IMG/VR virus record: IMGVR_UViG_3300045988_071833
Source: a virus
Direction: 5' to 3' (one strand)
Length of the DNA stretch: 40,395 nucleotides
The first letter of the stretch is position 1, and every line of letters starts with the position of its first letter. The notes under the pieces were generated by a model. That model was not told the DNA's origin, did not search any database, and worked only from the letters and a program-made list of their open reading frames with translations. Below, in pieces: positions 8,650-16,279 of this stretch. The position numbers and the translations under genes were made by a program.

Positions 8650-8943
8650 ATGGCTATGCGAAGAATGCACTGCTGCCTGGACATTGAGGGCGGTATCCGC
8701 AACGCAAAGGACATTAAGGGGTGCATAACCATGTGGAGGATGACAGTGAATAACCTGTTTTTTGCCGACGCTGAGTGCCCCAACTGTGGTGGAAACTGTG
8801 GAAACGGAGGGCGTGGGGATACTTTTTATTGCCCCTCCTGCGGCTGGAAGGGGAAAATCGATGGAGCCGAAAATGATATGAAATTTATCGAGGAGTATAT
8901 CCGGTTTTGCATGGAACGGGATAAGGAGGACGAGCATGGATAG
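8650..8943 (+). CDS. Zinc-ribbon protein
   Basis: CPNCGGNCG...YCPSCGWKG; GAGGTGG RBS. Confidence 0.5.
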   Translation: MAMRRMHCCLDIEGGIRNAKDIKGCITMWRMTVNNLFFADAECPNCGGNCGNGGRGDTFYCPSCGWKGKIDGAENDMKFIEEYIRFCMERDKEDEHG

Positions 8944-9274
8944 CCTGGTTGTTGCTGAGGCTGTGTCCCCTAACCGTGGGCCGAGAGGGATCGGAGCAGA
9001 TGCCAAAGCCGACGCCGGAAAGCCGCGGCCCACGCTGGTACCGGTCTCGCTGATCGAGGCCGTGGCAGCGGTACGCATGTTTGGGTGCGCCAAGTACCAC
9101 GATCCGGACAACTGGCGTCAGGTTGAGCCGCAGCGCTACAGGGATGCTTTGTACCGGCACTGGCTGGAATATCTCAAAGGCGAGCAGTACGATCAGGAGA
9201 GCGGCTTGCCTCATTTGTGGCATTTGGCCTGCAATGCGGCGTTTTTGATTGAAATGGAGGGTGGGGAAACGTGA
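8936..9274 (+). CDS. DUF5664-like protein (dATP/dGTP diphosphohydrolase N-terminal-like domain)
   Basis: FGCAKYHDPDNWRQV...YRDALYRHWLEYLKGEQYDQESGLPHLWHLACNAAFLIE resembles the KYG..NW...RH....D.ESG..HL.H signature. Confidence 0.5.
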   Translation: MDSLVVAEAVSPNRGPRGIGADAKADAGKPRPTLVPVSLIEAVAAVRMFGCAKYHDPDNWRQVEPQRYRDALYRHWLEYLKGEQYDQESGLPHLWHLACNAAFLIEMEGGET

Positions 9275-9492
9275 GCGAGTGGATCAGCGTGAAGGACAGG
9301 CTGCCGGAACCCGGGGAAAAAGTAATTACTTTTTTGAGGCTGGCCGGAAGCCCGATGATAGAAACAGGATATTTTATGGGCGATGACGGTTGGTATTACA
9401 TAGGGATTGAAGCGCCACATCACGATGTTGTCACCCACTGGATGCCGCTGCCGGAACCGCCCGGCGGAGAAACAAAAAAGCCGCCCCTGTGA
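9271..9492 (+). CDS. DUF551 domain protein
   Basis: GTG start. WISVKDRLPEPGEKV....VTHWMPLPEPP is the classic DUF551 pattern. Confidence 0.7.
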   Translation: MSEWISVKDRLPEPGEKVITFLRLAGSPMIETGYFMGDDGWYYIGIEAPHHDVVTHWMPLPEPPGGETKKPPL

Positions 9493-9502
9493 TGGGGCGG
9501 CT
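9479..9502 (-). terminator. Rho-independent terminator of the minus-strand operon, between convergent genes
   Basis: agccgcccc-tgtgat-ggggcggct. On the minus strand it is followed by a T-run (complement of aaaaaa at 9473-9479). Confidence 0.7.
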
Positions 9503-9536
9503 TGGTGCGGGGGGGGGATGCGCGGTAGAGCGCACA

Positions 9537-9818
9537 TTACAGCAGCTCCCTCACATCCACGTCCAGCGCGTCCGCCAGAGCCAGAGCATTGGTGAGGGTG
9601 ACGTTGCCCATCTTACCCTCGCCCTGCTCGATGCGCTGGATCTGTCTTTTATTGACGCCGGACCGCGCTGATAGCTCGTCGAGGCTCATGTGCTCACGGC
9701 GGCGGGCCCACTCCAGATTTGTGATTGGCTTATTGCGGCAGTCGCGTCCGTAAGACACCAGGGAGCAGACGGTACAGTCGCCGTCTGCCCGGATGCAGTC
9801 TCCGTATTTTCGCCTCAT
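9537..9818 (-). CDS. XRE-family HTH regulator with N-terminal Cys4 cluster (aca-like position at the operon end)
   Basis: C-terminus MSLDELSARSGVNKRQIQRIEQGEGKMGNVTLTNALALADAL is an HTH_3 fold. N-terminus has CIRADGDCTVC...C. ATGA-coupled to the upstream gene. Confidence 0.8.
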   Translation of the reverse strand: MRRKYGDCIRADGDCTVCSLVSYGRDCRNKPITNLEWARRREHMSLDELSARSGVNKRQIQRIEQGEGKMGNVTLTNALALADALDVDVRELL

Positions 9819-10153
9819 TTGATCACCTGGTTGTAGTATCCGTGCTCACCGTCGTTACCGAGCCGCTCCACGTCATCCAGACTATATCCCCTAAAATACT
9901 TGATTTGAGGTGGAACTCCCAGGCCGGGGAGGTCATGGTGATGCTTGTACAGGTAACGCATAAGCTGTATTTTGACAGGCTCGGTTAAGTCATCCGGGAT
10001 GCCGCCAGGCGCGGAAGCGGCCAAGTGGAGATATCCATCTTGGGCTTTGCGGTCATCGGACACGACATCCCATCCGTCCTCAGAAAACTTGACTACTGCT
10101 TTCCCGCCGAAGTAGGACATAGCGATAAGAGTGATTTCATTGGCTTTTTCCAT
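9815..10153 (-). CDS. Hypothetical 112-aa protein
   Basis: AAGGAGGATG RBS; no recognisable motif. Confidence 0.6.
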   Translation of the reverse strand: MEKANEITLIAMSYFGGKAVVKFSEDGWDVVSDDRKAQDGYLHLAASAPGGIPDDLTEPVKIQLMRYLYKHHHDLPGLGVPPQIKYFRGYSLDDVERLGNDGEHGYYNQVIK

Positions 10154-10207
10154 TTTACATCCTCCTTTTTTGTTGCCATCGTGAGTTTCGGGGTGAGATT
10201 TCTGTTT

Positions 10208-10459
10208 TTAGATTTCGCTTTGCCATGCTTCAAATTTTGCGATCATCGTATCATCTGATACTCTGTGATATTCCGCGACAATCCTCAAGTCCCCGGTCCC
10301 AGTGGCGGGCTCAACTTTCTCCCACCAGTCCCAGCCAAAGTCTCCTTGTACGTCCTCCTCGGCGGCTACGTCTACAAGCTTGTCGCTGTATGTCTCCTCA
10401 TAGTTGTACCCGCTCCCGTCAACCCACTCTTTAATCTTGATAACTTCTCTTACTTTCAT
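10208..10459 (-). CDS. Small, very acidic Trp-rich protein (83 aa)
   Basis: AAGGAGAAAG RBS before ATG 10459. Sequence MKVREVIKIKEWVDGSGYNYEETYSDKLVDVAAEEDVQGDFGWDWWEKVE. Confidence 0.65.
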   Translation of the reverse strand: MKVREVIKIKEWVDGSGYNYEETYSDKLVDVAAEEDVQGDFGWDWWEKVEPATGTGDLRIVAEYHRVSDDTMIAKFEAWQSEI

Positions 10460-10509
10460 TTTCTTTCTCCTTCTGCCCTCGTGACCTCCGGGGCGGGACG
10501 TTTCCTGCG

Positions 10510-10740
10510 TTAATATTGCCAAGTGATTTTTTGCTCGTTATCCATATCGACCCAAGCAAGTTTATATGTCTTTTTGAGGCTGCTGCCGTAGTAGCCGCCA
10601 ACCGTGACATATACACGGTGCTTTCCGTAGTTTTCCCACTCTCGTGCGTTCAGCTTGTAGCTATCATACGCGCTCATAATTTTTTCCGCTTTTTCCGTTA
10701 TGGTTTCGATGGTTTCTTTTGTTAATCCGTAATTTTCCAT
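10510..10740 (-). CDS. Hypothetical 76-aa protein
   Basis: CAGGAGGAAC RBS; first gene downstream of the consensus promoter. Confidence 0.6.
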   Translation of the reverse strand: MENYGLTKETIETITEKAEKIMSAYDSYKLNAREWENYGKHRVYVTVGGYYGSSLKKTYKLAWVDMDNEQKITWQY

Positions 10741-10787
10741 TTTTGTTCCTCCTGATTTTGATCTGCCAGATCCCTTGCTGTGATTAT

Positions 10788-10816
10788 ATTATACGCCAAT
10801 ATTGCCGGATTGTCAA
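10788..10816 (-). promoter_or_regulatory. Perfect consensus sigma-A/sigma-70 promoter (TTGACA-17-TATAAT)
   Basis: Minus strand reads gtaTTGACAatccggcaatattggcgTATAATataat. Palindromes caatattg (10797-10804, in the spacer) and gatctgccagatc (10760-10772, in the 5' UTR). Confidence 0.75.
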
Positions 10817-10862
10817 TACAAAATGCTAAAATTATCTGATATTTTTTAGGGAGGGATAACGG

Positions 10863-11090
10863 TTGAATGAGTTCCCGGAGCGGTTGAGGAAACTGAGGGA
10901 GAGCAGGCGTCCGGTGCGGAGTATGGCGGTGACATCCGAACTGATGGGGCTAAGCCACGATGCGCTAAGGCGGTATGAGCGCGGGGAGCGAGAGCCAGGA
11001 TTGACGGAGCTAAAACTGATAGCCAATTATTACTACGTCAGTTTGGACGATCTTTGTTGGGATGATGGAGAGCAGGAACACAATCTTTAA
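10863..11090 (+). CDS. XRE/Cro-type HTH transcriptional regulator
   Basis: GGGAGGG RBS plus TTG start. FPERLRKLRESRRPVRSMAVTSELMGLSHDALRRYERGEREPGLTELKLIANYYYVSLDDL. Extended -10 TGcTAAAAT at 10824-10832. Confidence 0.75.
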   Translation: MNEFPERLRKLRESRRPVRSMAVTSELMGLSHDALRRYERGEREPGLTELKLIANYYYVSLDDLCWDDGEQEHNL

Positions 11091-11672
11091 ACATATCGCA
11101 AAAATATTTTGTACATGCCTCCATTTGGAGGCATAATAACCGGGTCATATGCGACAATGGGAGCGTGGAGGCGAATGCCTCCCGCTCCCTTCCATTTCCT
11201 CCTCCTTTCCCATCGCCGGGCCTCCCTCCCGGCAACGGCCCGCAGGCAAAGCCGTAAACCTGCAACATAGCCCGTAAGGGCTATATGTCCTTGTAGCTTA
11301 TGAGGTAAGAGCGGCCCCATGATCGGGGCAGAGGCCGGTTCGAGCCCGGTCGAGGGCACAGAAAACCACGCCTGCCCTGGTCTCGGGGCGGAAGCGGGGA
11401 GATGAGAGACTATCCCCGGCGCGCTTGCCAGCTGAAAACTGCCGCAGTCGAGTGGCACGGGCGGAAAGCGCCGTGTCCGGAGACTAACCCAATTATCCGG
11501 GGCGGTGTGACAATCTAAGCGGGGCAGCGCATATATGCCGCGCCTATCCGCATGAGGATATGGACGGCCCTATGGATGTGCCCCGAGCTGCGGCGGGTGG
11601 CCCGCAACAAATCAGGAGAGGGCGGGGAGCGGGGGCCGCTCTCTCCTCCGAAAAAACGAAACCATATGAGAG
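11091..11672 (+). ncRNA. Candidate large structured non-coding RNA (ROOL/GOLLD-like class or novel)
   Basis: About 580 nt with no plus-strand ORF >=60 aa. Multiple GC-rich hairpins, some capped by plus-strand GNRA loops (11267-11284 GTAA; 11456-11475 GAAA). A tRNA-like cloverleaf is embedded. Confidence 0.45.
11287..11358 (+). tRNA. tRNA-like cloverleaf with an aberrant 6-nt anticodon loop (not a canonical decoder; no encoded CCA)
   Basis: 7-bp acceptor stem gtccttg/cgagggc. U8, D-stem gctt/gagc, A14, G18G19, A21. Anticodon stem gcccc/ggggc with loop atgatc. 4-nt variable loop. T-arm gccgg-TTCGAGC-ccggt. Discriminator A. Confidence 0.5.
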
Positions 11673-11681
11673 GTGGCGATC

Positions 11682-12104
11682 ATGGCTGCGCGTTTGACGG
11701 ATAAGCAGAAAAAGAAAATAGTGGCTGATTATCTGGAATGTGAAAGCTATAACGCCACGGCAAAGAAAAACGGCGTTTGCGGGCAGACCGTGCGCCGTGT
11801 TGTCGAAGAATCTCAAGGATTCACTGAAAATCTCAAACGAAAAAAAGACGAAAACACCGCTGATATTATCGCTTACATGGAAAGCAAGCGTGGAATCGTG
11901 TGTGAGATATTGGGAAAAGGGCTTGAAGCGCTGAACAGCCCGGACAAACTGAGAGAAGCAACTCCGGCGCAGATCACGACGGCAATGGGGACGCTGATAG
12001 ACAAGTGGACAGCCATAAGCGGTGGGCCTGCCGATACCGCCAAAGAGGACGATTTGAGTAAGAGCCTGAAGGAAATGGCGGAAGGGCTGGAAAGCGATGA
12101 ATGA
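11682..12104 (+). CDS. terS: Terminase small subunit (alternative GTG start at 11673)
   Basis: AGGTGG RBS 5 nt upstream. N-terminal HTH (LTDKQKKKIVADYLECESYNATAKKNGVCGQTVRRVV). Lies upstream of terL. Confidence 0.75.
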   Translation: MAARLTDKQKKKIVADYLECESYNATAKKNGVCGQTVRRVVEESQGFTENLKRKKDENTADIIAYMESKRGIVCEILGKGLEALNSPDKLREATPAQITTAMGTLIDKWTAISGGPADTAKEDDLSKSLKEMAEGLESDE

Positions 12105-12216
12105 TAGATTTGCAAACATACGCGCAATTATCAAGCAAACCAAAAATCCGAGTAAAAAGACGAAACAGCTCATCGAGAAGTTTGAAGCTCTTTATCGTGA
12201 ATTGGGAAGCAAATGA
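12097..12216 (+). CDS. Possible 39-aa ORF bridging terS and terL
   Basis: MNDRFANIRAIIKQTKNPSKKTKQLIEKFEALYRELGSK; overlaps the terS stop and the terL start. Confidence 0.35.
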   Translation: MNDRFANIRAIIKQTKNPSKKTKQLIEKFEALYRELGSK

Positions 12217-13439
12217 TTAGCCCAAAGCAAAAGAAAATCCTCGCTTTTTCATATAGCCGCTATGACGCGCTGATCTGCGATGGAGCCGTTCGAAGCGGCA
12301 AAACCTCCATCATGATATGGGCGTTTGTTGACTGGGCCATGCGCGAGTTTAACGGCCAGAAATTCGGGATTTGCGGTAAGACCGTGGATTCAGCCACAAA
12401 GAACATCATCATCCCGTTTATCTCCATGAGCCTTGCAAAAGAACGCTACACCATGCGCTGGCGGCGCTCTGACAAGCTGCTGGAAGTCCGGCGGGGATTT
12501 ACCACGAATTACTTTGAGGTGTTCGGCGGCAAAGACGAGGCGTCTTTTATGCTCATCCAGGGCCGGACGCTGGCCGGGGTGCTGCTGGATGAGGTGGCGC
12601 TGATGCCGGAGAGTTTCGTCAACCAGGCGCTGGCCCGGTGTTCAGTCGCCGGGGCGCGGCTGTGGTTCAGTTGTAACCCGGACAATCCCAATCACTGGTT
12701 TTACAAGGAGTGGATACAGAGACGTGAAGCACACAACGCACTGTATCTGCACTTCTCCATGGATGACAACCCATCACTGTCCGAGGAAACAAAGGCCCGG
12801 TATCACAGCATGTATTCCGGCGTGTTTTACGAGCGGTATGTGCTGGGGCGGTGGGTGCTGGCCGAGGGATTGATTTACCCGATGTTCGGACCAAATTGCA
12901 TTACAGAAGAGACACCGGAGAGCGGCGTGTATTATATCTCCATCGACTATGGCACACTGAATCCGTTTTCCGCTGGCCTGTGGTGCGTGACGGACAAAGA
13001 GGCAGTGCGCATCCGGGAATATTATTACTCCGGGCGGGATACGCAGCAGTCCAAGACAGACGAGGAATATTACACGGATTTGGAACAGCTGGCCGGGGAG
13101 CTTCTGATAGAAACAGTGGTTATTGACCCGTCGGCGGCGTCTTTCATCGAAACCATCCGACGGCATGGCCGGTTTTCGGTGCGAAAGGCCAAAAACGATG
13201 TGGTCAACGGGATTGTGACCACTTCCCGCTATCTGAAAAACGGGAAGATCAAAATCCATTCCTCCTGCAAGGACGCCATCCGGGAGTTTGGCCTTTACCG
13301 CTGGGACGAAAAGGCCAAGGAGGACAAGCCGATCAAGGAGAATGACCACGCCTTAGACGAAATAAGGTATTTTGCCGAGACAGTTTTAAGATATAAATTC
13401 GCGGCCGACGATGGAGCAAGGCCGATACTGCCGCTGTAA
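12213..13439 (+). CDS. terL: Terminase large subunit (PBSX/Terminase_3-like)
   Basis: Walker A CDGAVRSGKTS; Walker B-like VLLDEVA; C-terminal nuclease region IDPSAASFIETIRR...NDHALDEIRYF. Confidence 0.9.
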   Translation: MISPKQKKILAFSYSRYDALICDGAVRSGKTSIMIWAFVDWAMREFNGQKFGICGKTVDSATKNIIIPFISMSLAKERYTMRWRRSDKLLEVRRGFTTNYFEVFGGKDEASFMLIQGRTLAGVLLDEVALMPESFVNQALARCSVAGARLWFSCNPDNPNHWFYKEWIQRREAHNALYLHFSMDDNPSLSEETKARYHSMYSGVFYERYVLGRWVLAEGLIYPMFGPNCITEETPESGVYYISIDYGTLNPFSAGLWCVTDKEAVRIREYYYSGRDTQQSKTDEEYYTDLEQLAGELLIETVVIDPSAASFIETIRRHGRFSVRKAKNDVVNGIVTTSRYLKNGKIKIHSSCKDAIREFGLYRWDEKAKEDKPIKENDHALDEIRYFAETVLRYKFAADDGARPILPL

Positions 13440-13450
13440 GGTGGGTAGAG

Positions 13451-14854
13451 ATGCTGACATACCAGAATTTTTTAGAAATCAAAGATGACGCCAAACGGCG
13501 GACAGACTTTGTGCTGAACGTCATCAACGAGCACAGGTCGAATCGGATGTACAAGACAGCTGTGGCCGCCGATGAATACGACGCCGAGCGGAATGTAACG
13601 ATTTTGGAGTTTGTGCGGACGCTGTTTTCTGCAAACGGGCAGAAGCTGACGGACGAGACGGCGTCCAATATGAAGTTGACCAGCAACTATTTTGCCCGGC
13701 TGAATACTCAACGGTGTACCTACAGCCTGGGCAATGGGCTGACCTTTCAGGAATCGTCTGTGGGAAAGAAGCTGGGCCCGGATCCGGACAAAAAGCTTAA
13801 GGACGCCGGGTATTATGGCATGATTCACGGGGTTTCATTTCTGTATTGGGCCTATGACCACATCCACACATTCAAGCTGACGGAATTTGCCCCATTGTGG
13901 GATGAACAGACCAGCGACCTGGGCGCGGGCGTCCGGTTCTGGCAGATAAGCCCGGACAAGCCCATACATGCGGTGCTGTACTCGCCGGATGGGTATATCG
14001 AGTATGAGAGCGAAACCGGCGGATCCACGAATCTGGCCCCCAAGACGGGCAACTTTATCCCATACCGCATGACAGTGCAGACAACCCCGGCGGTGGGCGG
14101 GGACGTGGAAACGGCCCACAATTACGCTTCTCTCCCGATTATTCCACTGTGGGGAAGCCGCTTACATCAAAGCACGCTTGTCGGTATGCGGTCAAAAATC
14201 GACGCTTATGACAGCGTGCTGAGCGGATTCGCAAACGATATGACCGACTGCGCACAAATCTACTGGATTGTCAATAACGCCGGCGGCATGACGGAAAACG
14301 ACCTGGCAAAATTCCGTGAGCGGCTGCTATACCGTCACATCGCCAATGTGAACGGGGACGACGGAGTCAGCATCACGCCGTACACCCAGGAGATTCCATA
14401 CAATGCCCGAAAAGCGCTGTTAGAGCAACTGCATGGACAGATCTACAGCGATTTCGGGGCGTTGGACACCAAGAGCATTTCTGCGGCGGCAAAAACGGCC
14501 ACAGAAATCAACGCCGCCTATCAGCCGCTGGATGAGAACGCAGACGATTTTGAGTATCAGGTCATCGACGCGGTGCAGAAGCTGCTGGCCCTCCAGGGCG
14601 TGGACGCTGAAAAAGCGACGCCGCAGTTCAAGCGCAACCGGGTGGCCAACCAGCTGGAACAGACCCAGATGGTGATGACGGCGGCCAACTATCTGGACGA
14701 TGAGGCGGTGTTGAATCATCTGCCCTGGCTGACGCCGGAAGAAGTGGACGAGCTGCTGAAGCGCAAGGCGGCGGAGGAACTGGACAGAAGTATTGTGGAG
14801 CAAGATGCGCTTGAGGATGGTGTGACCGATGGCGACGAGGAACCGGGAGCCTGA
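13451..14854 (+). CDS. Portal protein (SPP1 gp6-like)
   Basis: 467 aa immediately after terL, with an acidic C-terminus; typical size and position. Confidence 0.85.
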   Translation: MLTYQNFLEIKDDAKRRTDFVLNVINEHRSNRMYKTAVAADEYDAERNVTILEFVRTLFSANGQKLTDETASNMKLTSNYFARLNTQRCTYSLGNGLTFQESSVGKKLGPDPDKKLKDAGYYGMIHGVSFLYWAYDHIHTFKLTEFAPLWDEQTSDLGAGVRFWQISPDKPIHAVLYSPDGYIEYESETGGSTNLAPKTGNFIPYRMTVQTTPAVGGDVETAHNYASLPIIPLWGSRLHQSTLVGMRSKIDAYDSVLSGFANDMTDCAQIYWIVNNAGGMTENDLAKFRERLLYRHIANVNGDDGVSITPYTQEIPYNARKALLEQLHGQIYSDFGALDTKSISAAAKTATEINAAYQPLDENADDFEYQVIDAVQKLLALQGVDAEKATPQFKRNRVANQLEQTQMVMTAANYLDDEAVLNHLPWLTPEEVDELLKRKAAEELDRSIVEQDALEDGVTDGDEEPGA

Positions 14855-15863
14855 CGAAGGCCACCGCCTGACCGATATAGAGCTTGCCAAGCTGGAACGG
14901 CGCATTTCTTCTGTCTATGGAGATGCCGCGAAGGAACTGCAAAAGACCATTGACGATTACTTTGAAAGCTTTGCCAAGCGGGATAAAGAGATGCAAGACC
15001 TCATTGGCACTATCCAGAATGGCAAGGAATGGACGGAGGCCGACTACAAGCAGTGGCGGATGGCTCAGATAGGCCGTGGGAAGCGTTTTGAAGCCCTCCG
15101 AGACAAGGTGGCCCAGCGATATACCCAAGCCAATAAAACGGCTGTGAGCTACGTCAACGACGCTACGCCGGGGATTTACAGTCTGAACCGCAACTATGCC
15201 GCCTATACCATTGAGCAGGTATCTGGGAGCGCTGATTTTACCCTGTGGGATGAGCAGACGGTGAAGCGGCTGATTGTGGAACAACCTGATCTGATGCCTT
15301 ACTACCCGCCGAAGCGGGCGGTAAAGCGGGGTATTGACCTGGCATATGGCAAAAAGCAGATCACGGCCAGTGTAACCAGTTCTATTCTCCAGGGCGAGAG
15401 CATTAAGCACATGGCGGACGATTTGCAAAGCCGTATCTCCACCATGAGCCGTGACAGCGCTATCCGGACGGCCCGGACAGCAGTCACCGGAGCGCAGAAC
15501 GCCGGGAGAATGGACAGCTATGTTGCCGCCGCAAAAATGGGAATTAAAGTCCAAAAAAAGTGGGTTGCGACGAAAGATTTTAGGACAAGGCACGATCATG
15601 GGATGGCAGATGGACAAATTGTAGAATATGACAAGCCATTTATTATTGGCGGTTATAAAATGATGTTTCCAGGGGACAGTTCCATGGGCGCATCTGGACA
15701 CGAAATCTATAATTGCAGATGCAGAATGGTTTCCGGCACAGATTTGGACCTTGAAGCAGAGCCGCGCCAAATGCGAGTTAGAGATGCAAACGGCAGGAAC
15801 GTTTTGGTTAATGAGATGACGTTTGCAGAATGGCAGGAATGGGTGAAAAGCCGTGGAAATTGA
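14829..15863 (+). CDS. Head morphogenesis / minor capsid protein (SPP1 gp7 / Mu F-like)
   Basis: Follows the portal gene. Sequence RTARTAVTGAQNAGRMDSY...TRHDHGMADGQIV...YNCRCRMV. Confidence 0.8.
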   Translation: MATRNREPDEGHRLTDIELAKLERRISSVYGDAAKELQKTIDDYFESFAKRDKEMQDLIGTIQNGKEWTEADYKQWRMAQIGRGKRFEALRDKVAQRYTQANKTAVSYVNDATPGIYSLNRNYAAYTIEQVSGSADFTLWDEQTVKRLIVEQPDLMPYYPPKRAVKRGIDLAYGKKQITASVTSSILQGESIKHMADDLQSRISTMSRDSAIRTARTAVTGAQNAGRMDSYVAAAKMGIKVQKKWVATKDFRTRHDHGMADGQIVEYDKPFIIGGYKMMFPGDSSMGASGHEIYNCRCRMVSGTDLDLEAEPRQMRVRDANGRNVLVNEMTFAEWQEWVKSRGN

Positions 15864-16251
15864 GTTTACAGACAATAGCGGGAAAGCCCTAGAAGAATTT
15901 AAAGAGGCTTGTCTGCGCGCTCTGGAACGATGTGGAATGAAAGCGGAAAGCTATGCGGTTGATCTTGCCCCGGTTGATACTGGTAATTTGCAACAGCATA
16001 TTACCCACAAAGTTGATGAGAGCGAACCAGCTGTATACATAGGAACGAATGTTGAGTACGCCGCCTACGTTGAATTAGGCACTGGCGAACATTACCCCGG
16101 AGGACGGCCCACGCCCTGGGTGTACCAGGACACAAATGGAAACTGGCATTGGACAAAAGGCAATCCGGCCCAGCCGTTTATCAAGCCCGCTGTGGCAGAC
16201 CACGGGCAGACATACCAGAAAATTATTGAGGACGAGCTAAAAGACGGATAA
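15853..16251 (+). CDS. HK97 gp10-family head-tail component
   Basis: GTG start. Sequence APVDTGNLQQHITHKVD...AVYIGTNVEYAAYVELGTG...AQPFIKPAV. Confidence 0.7.
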   Translation: MEIEFTDNSGKALEEFKEACLRALERCGMKAESYAVDLAPVDTGNLQQHITHKVDESEPAVYIGTNVEYAAYVELGTGEHYPGGRPTPWVYQDTNGNWHWTKGNPAQPFIKPAVADHGQTYQKIIEDELKDG

Positions 16252-16255
16252 AAAT

Positions 16256-16273
16256 CCGCCCCCGAAGGGGCGG
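16256..16273 (-). terminator. Terminator hairpin for the hicAB operon
   Basis: ccgcccc-cgaa-ggggcgg, followed by a T-run on the minus strand (complement of aaaaat at 16251-16255). Confidence 0.6.
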
Positions 16274-16279
16274 CGGGAA

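Noticed and set aside
10154-10509. Two similar ~30-nt intercistronic sequences in the antisense operon (10165-10195 and 10470-10500; cgtga..t.cgggg.g.ga..tttc.tg)
   Set aside because: Similarity is modest and I could not find a convincing shared hairpin. They may be a processing or RBS-context element, but support is insufficient.
11287-11358. tRNA-like element as a stop-codon suppressor or ordinary phage tRNA
   Set aside because: The anticodon loop is 6 nt (AUGAUC), with no U33 and no purine at position 37. No CUA, UCA or UUA anticodon fits any register, and no genes show in-frame stops.
11038-12173. Minus-strand ORFs 11038..11268, 11087..11458 and 11544..12173 in or near the structured region
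   Set aside because: They have no RBS and are Pro/Gly/Arg-rich GC-shadow translations. The last one is antisense to terS. Plus-strand GNRA loops and the tRNA-like element argue for a plus-strand RNA.
14628-15875. Long antisense ORFs opposite clear structural and replication genes (14628..15875 at 415 aa; also 5343..6107, 16990..17709, 17979..18668, 31291..32055, 12774..13349)
   Set aside because: These are typical high-GC shadow ORFs. They are low-complexity and Arg/Pro/His-rich, lack RBSs, and fully overlap recognisable plus-strand genes.
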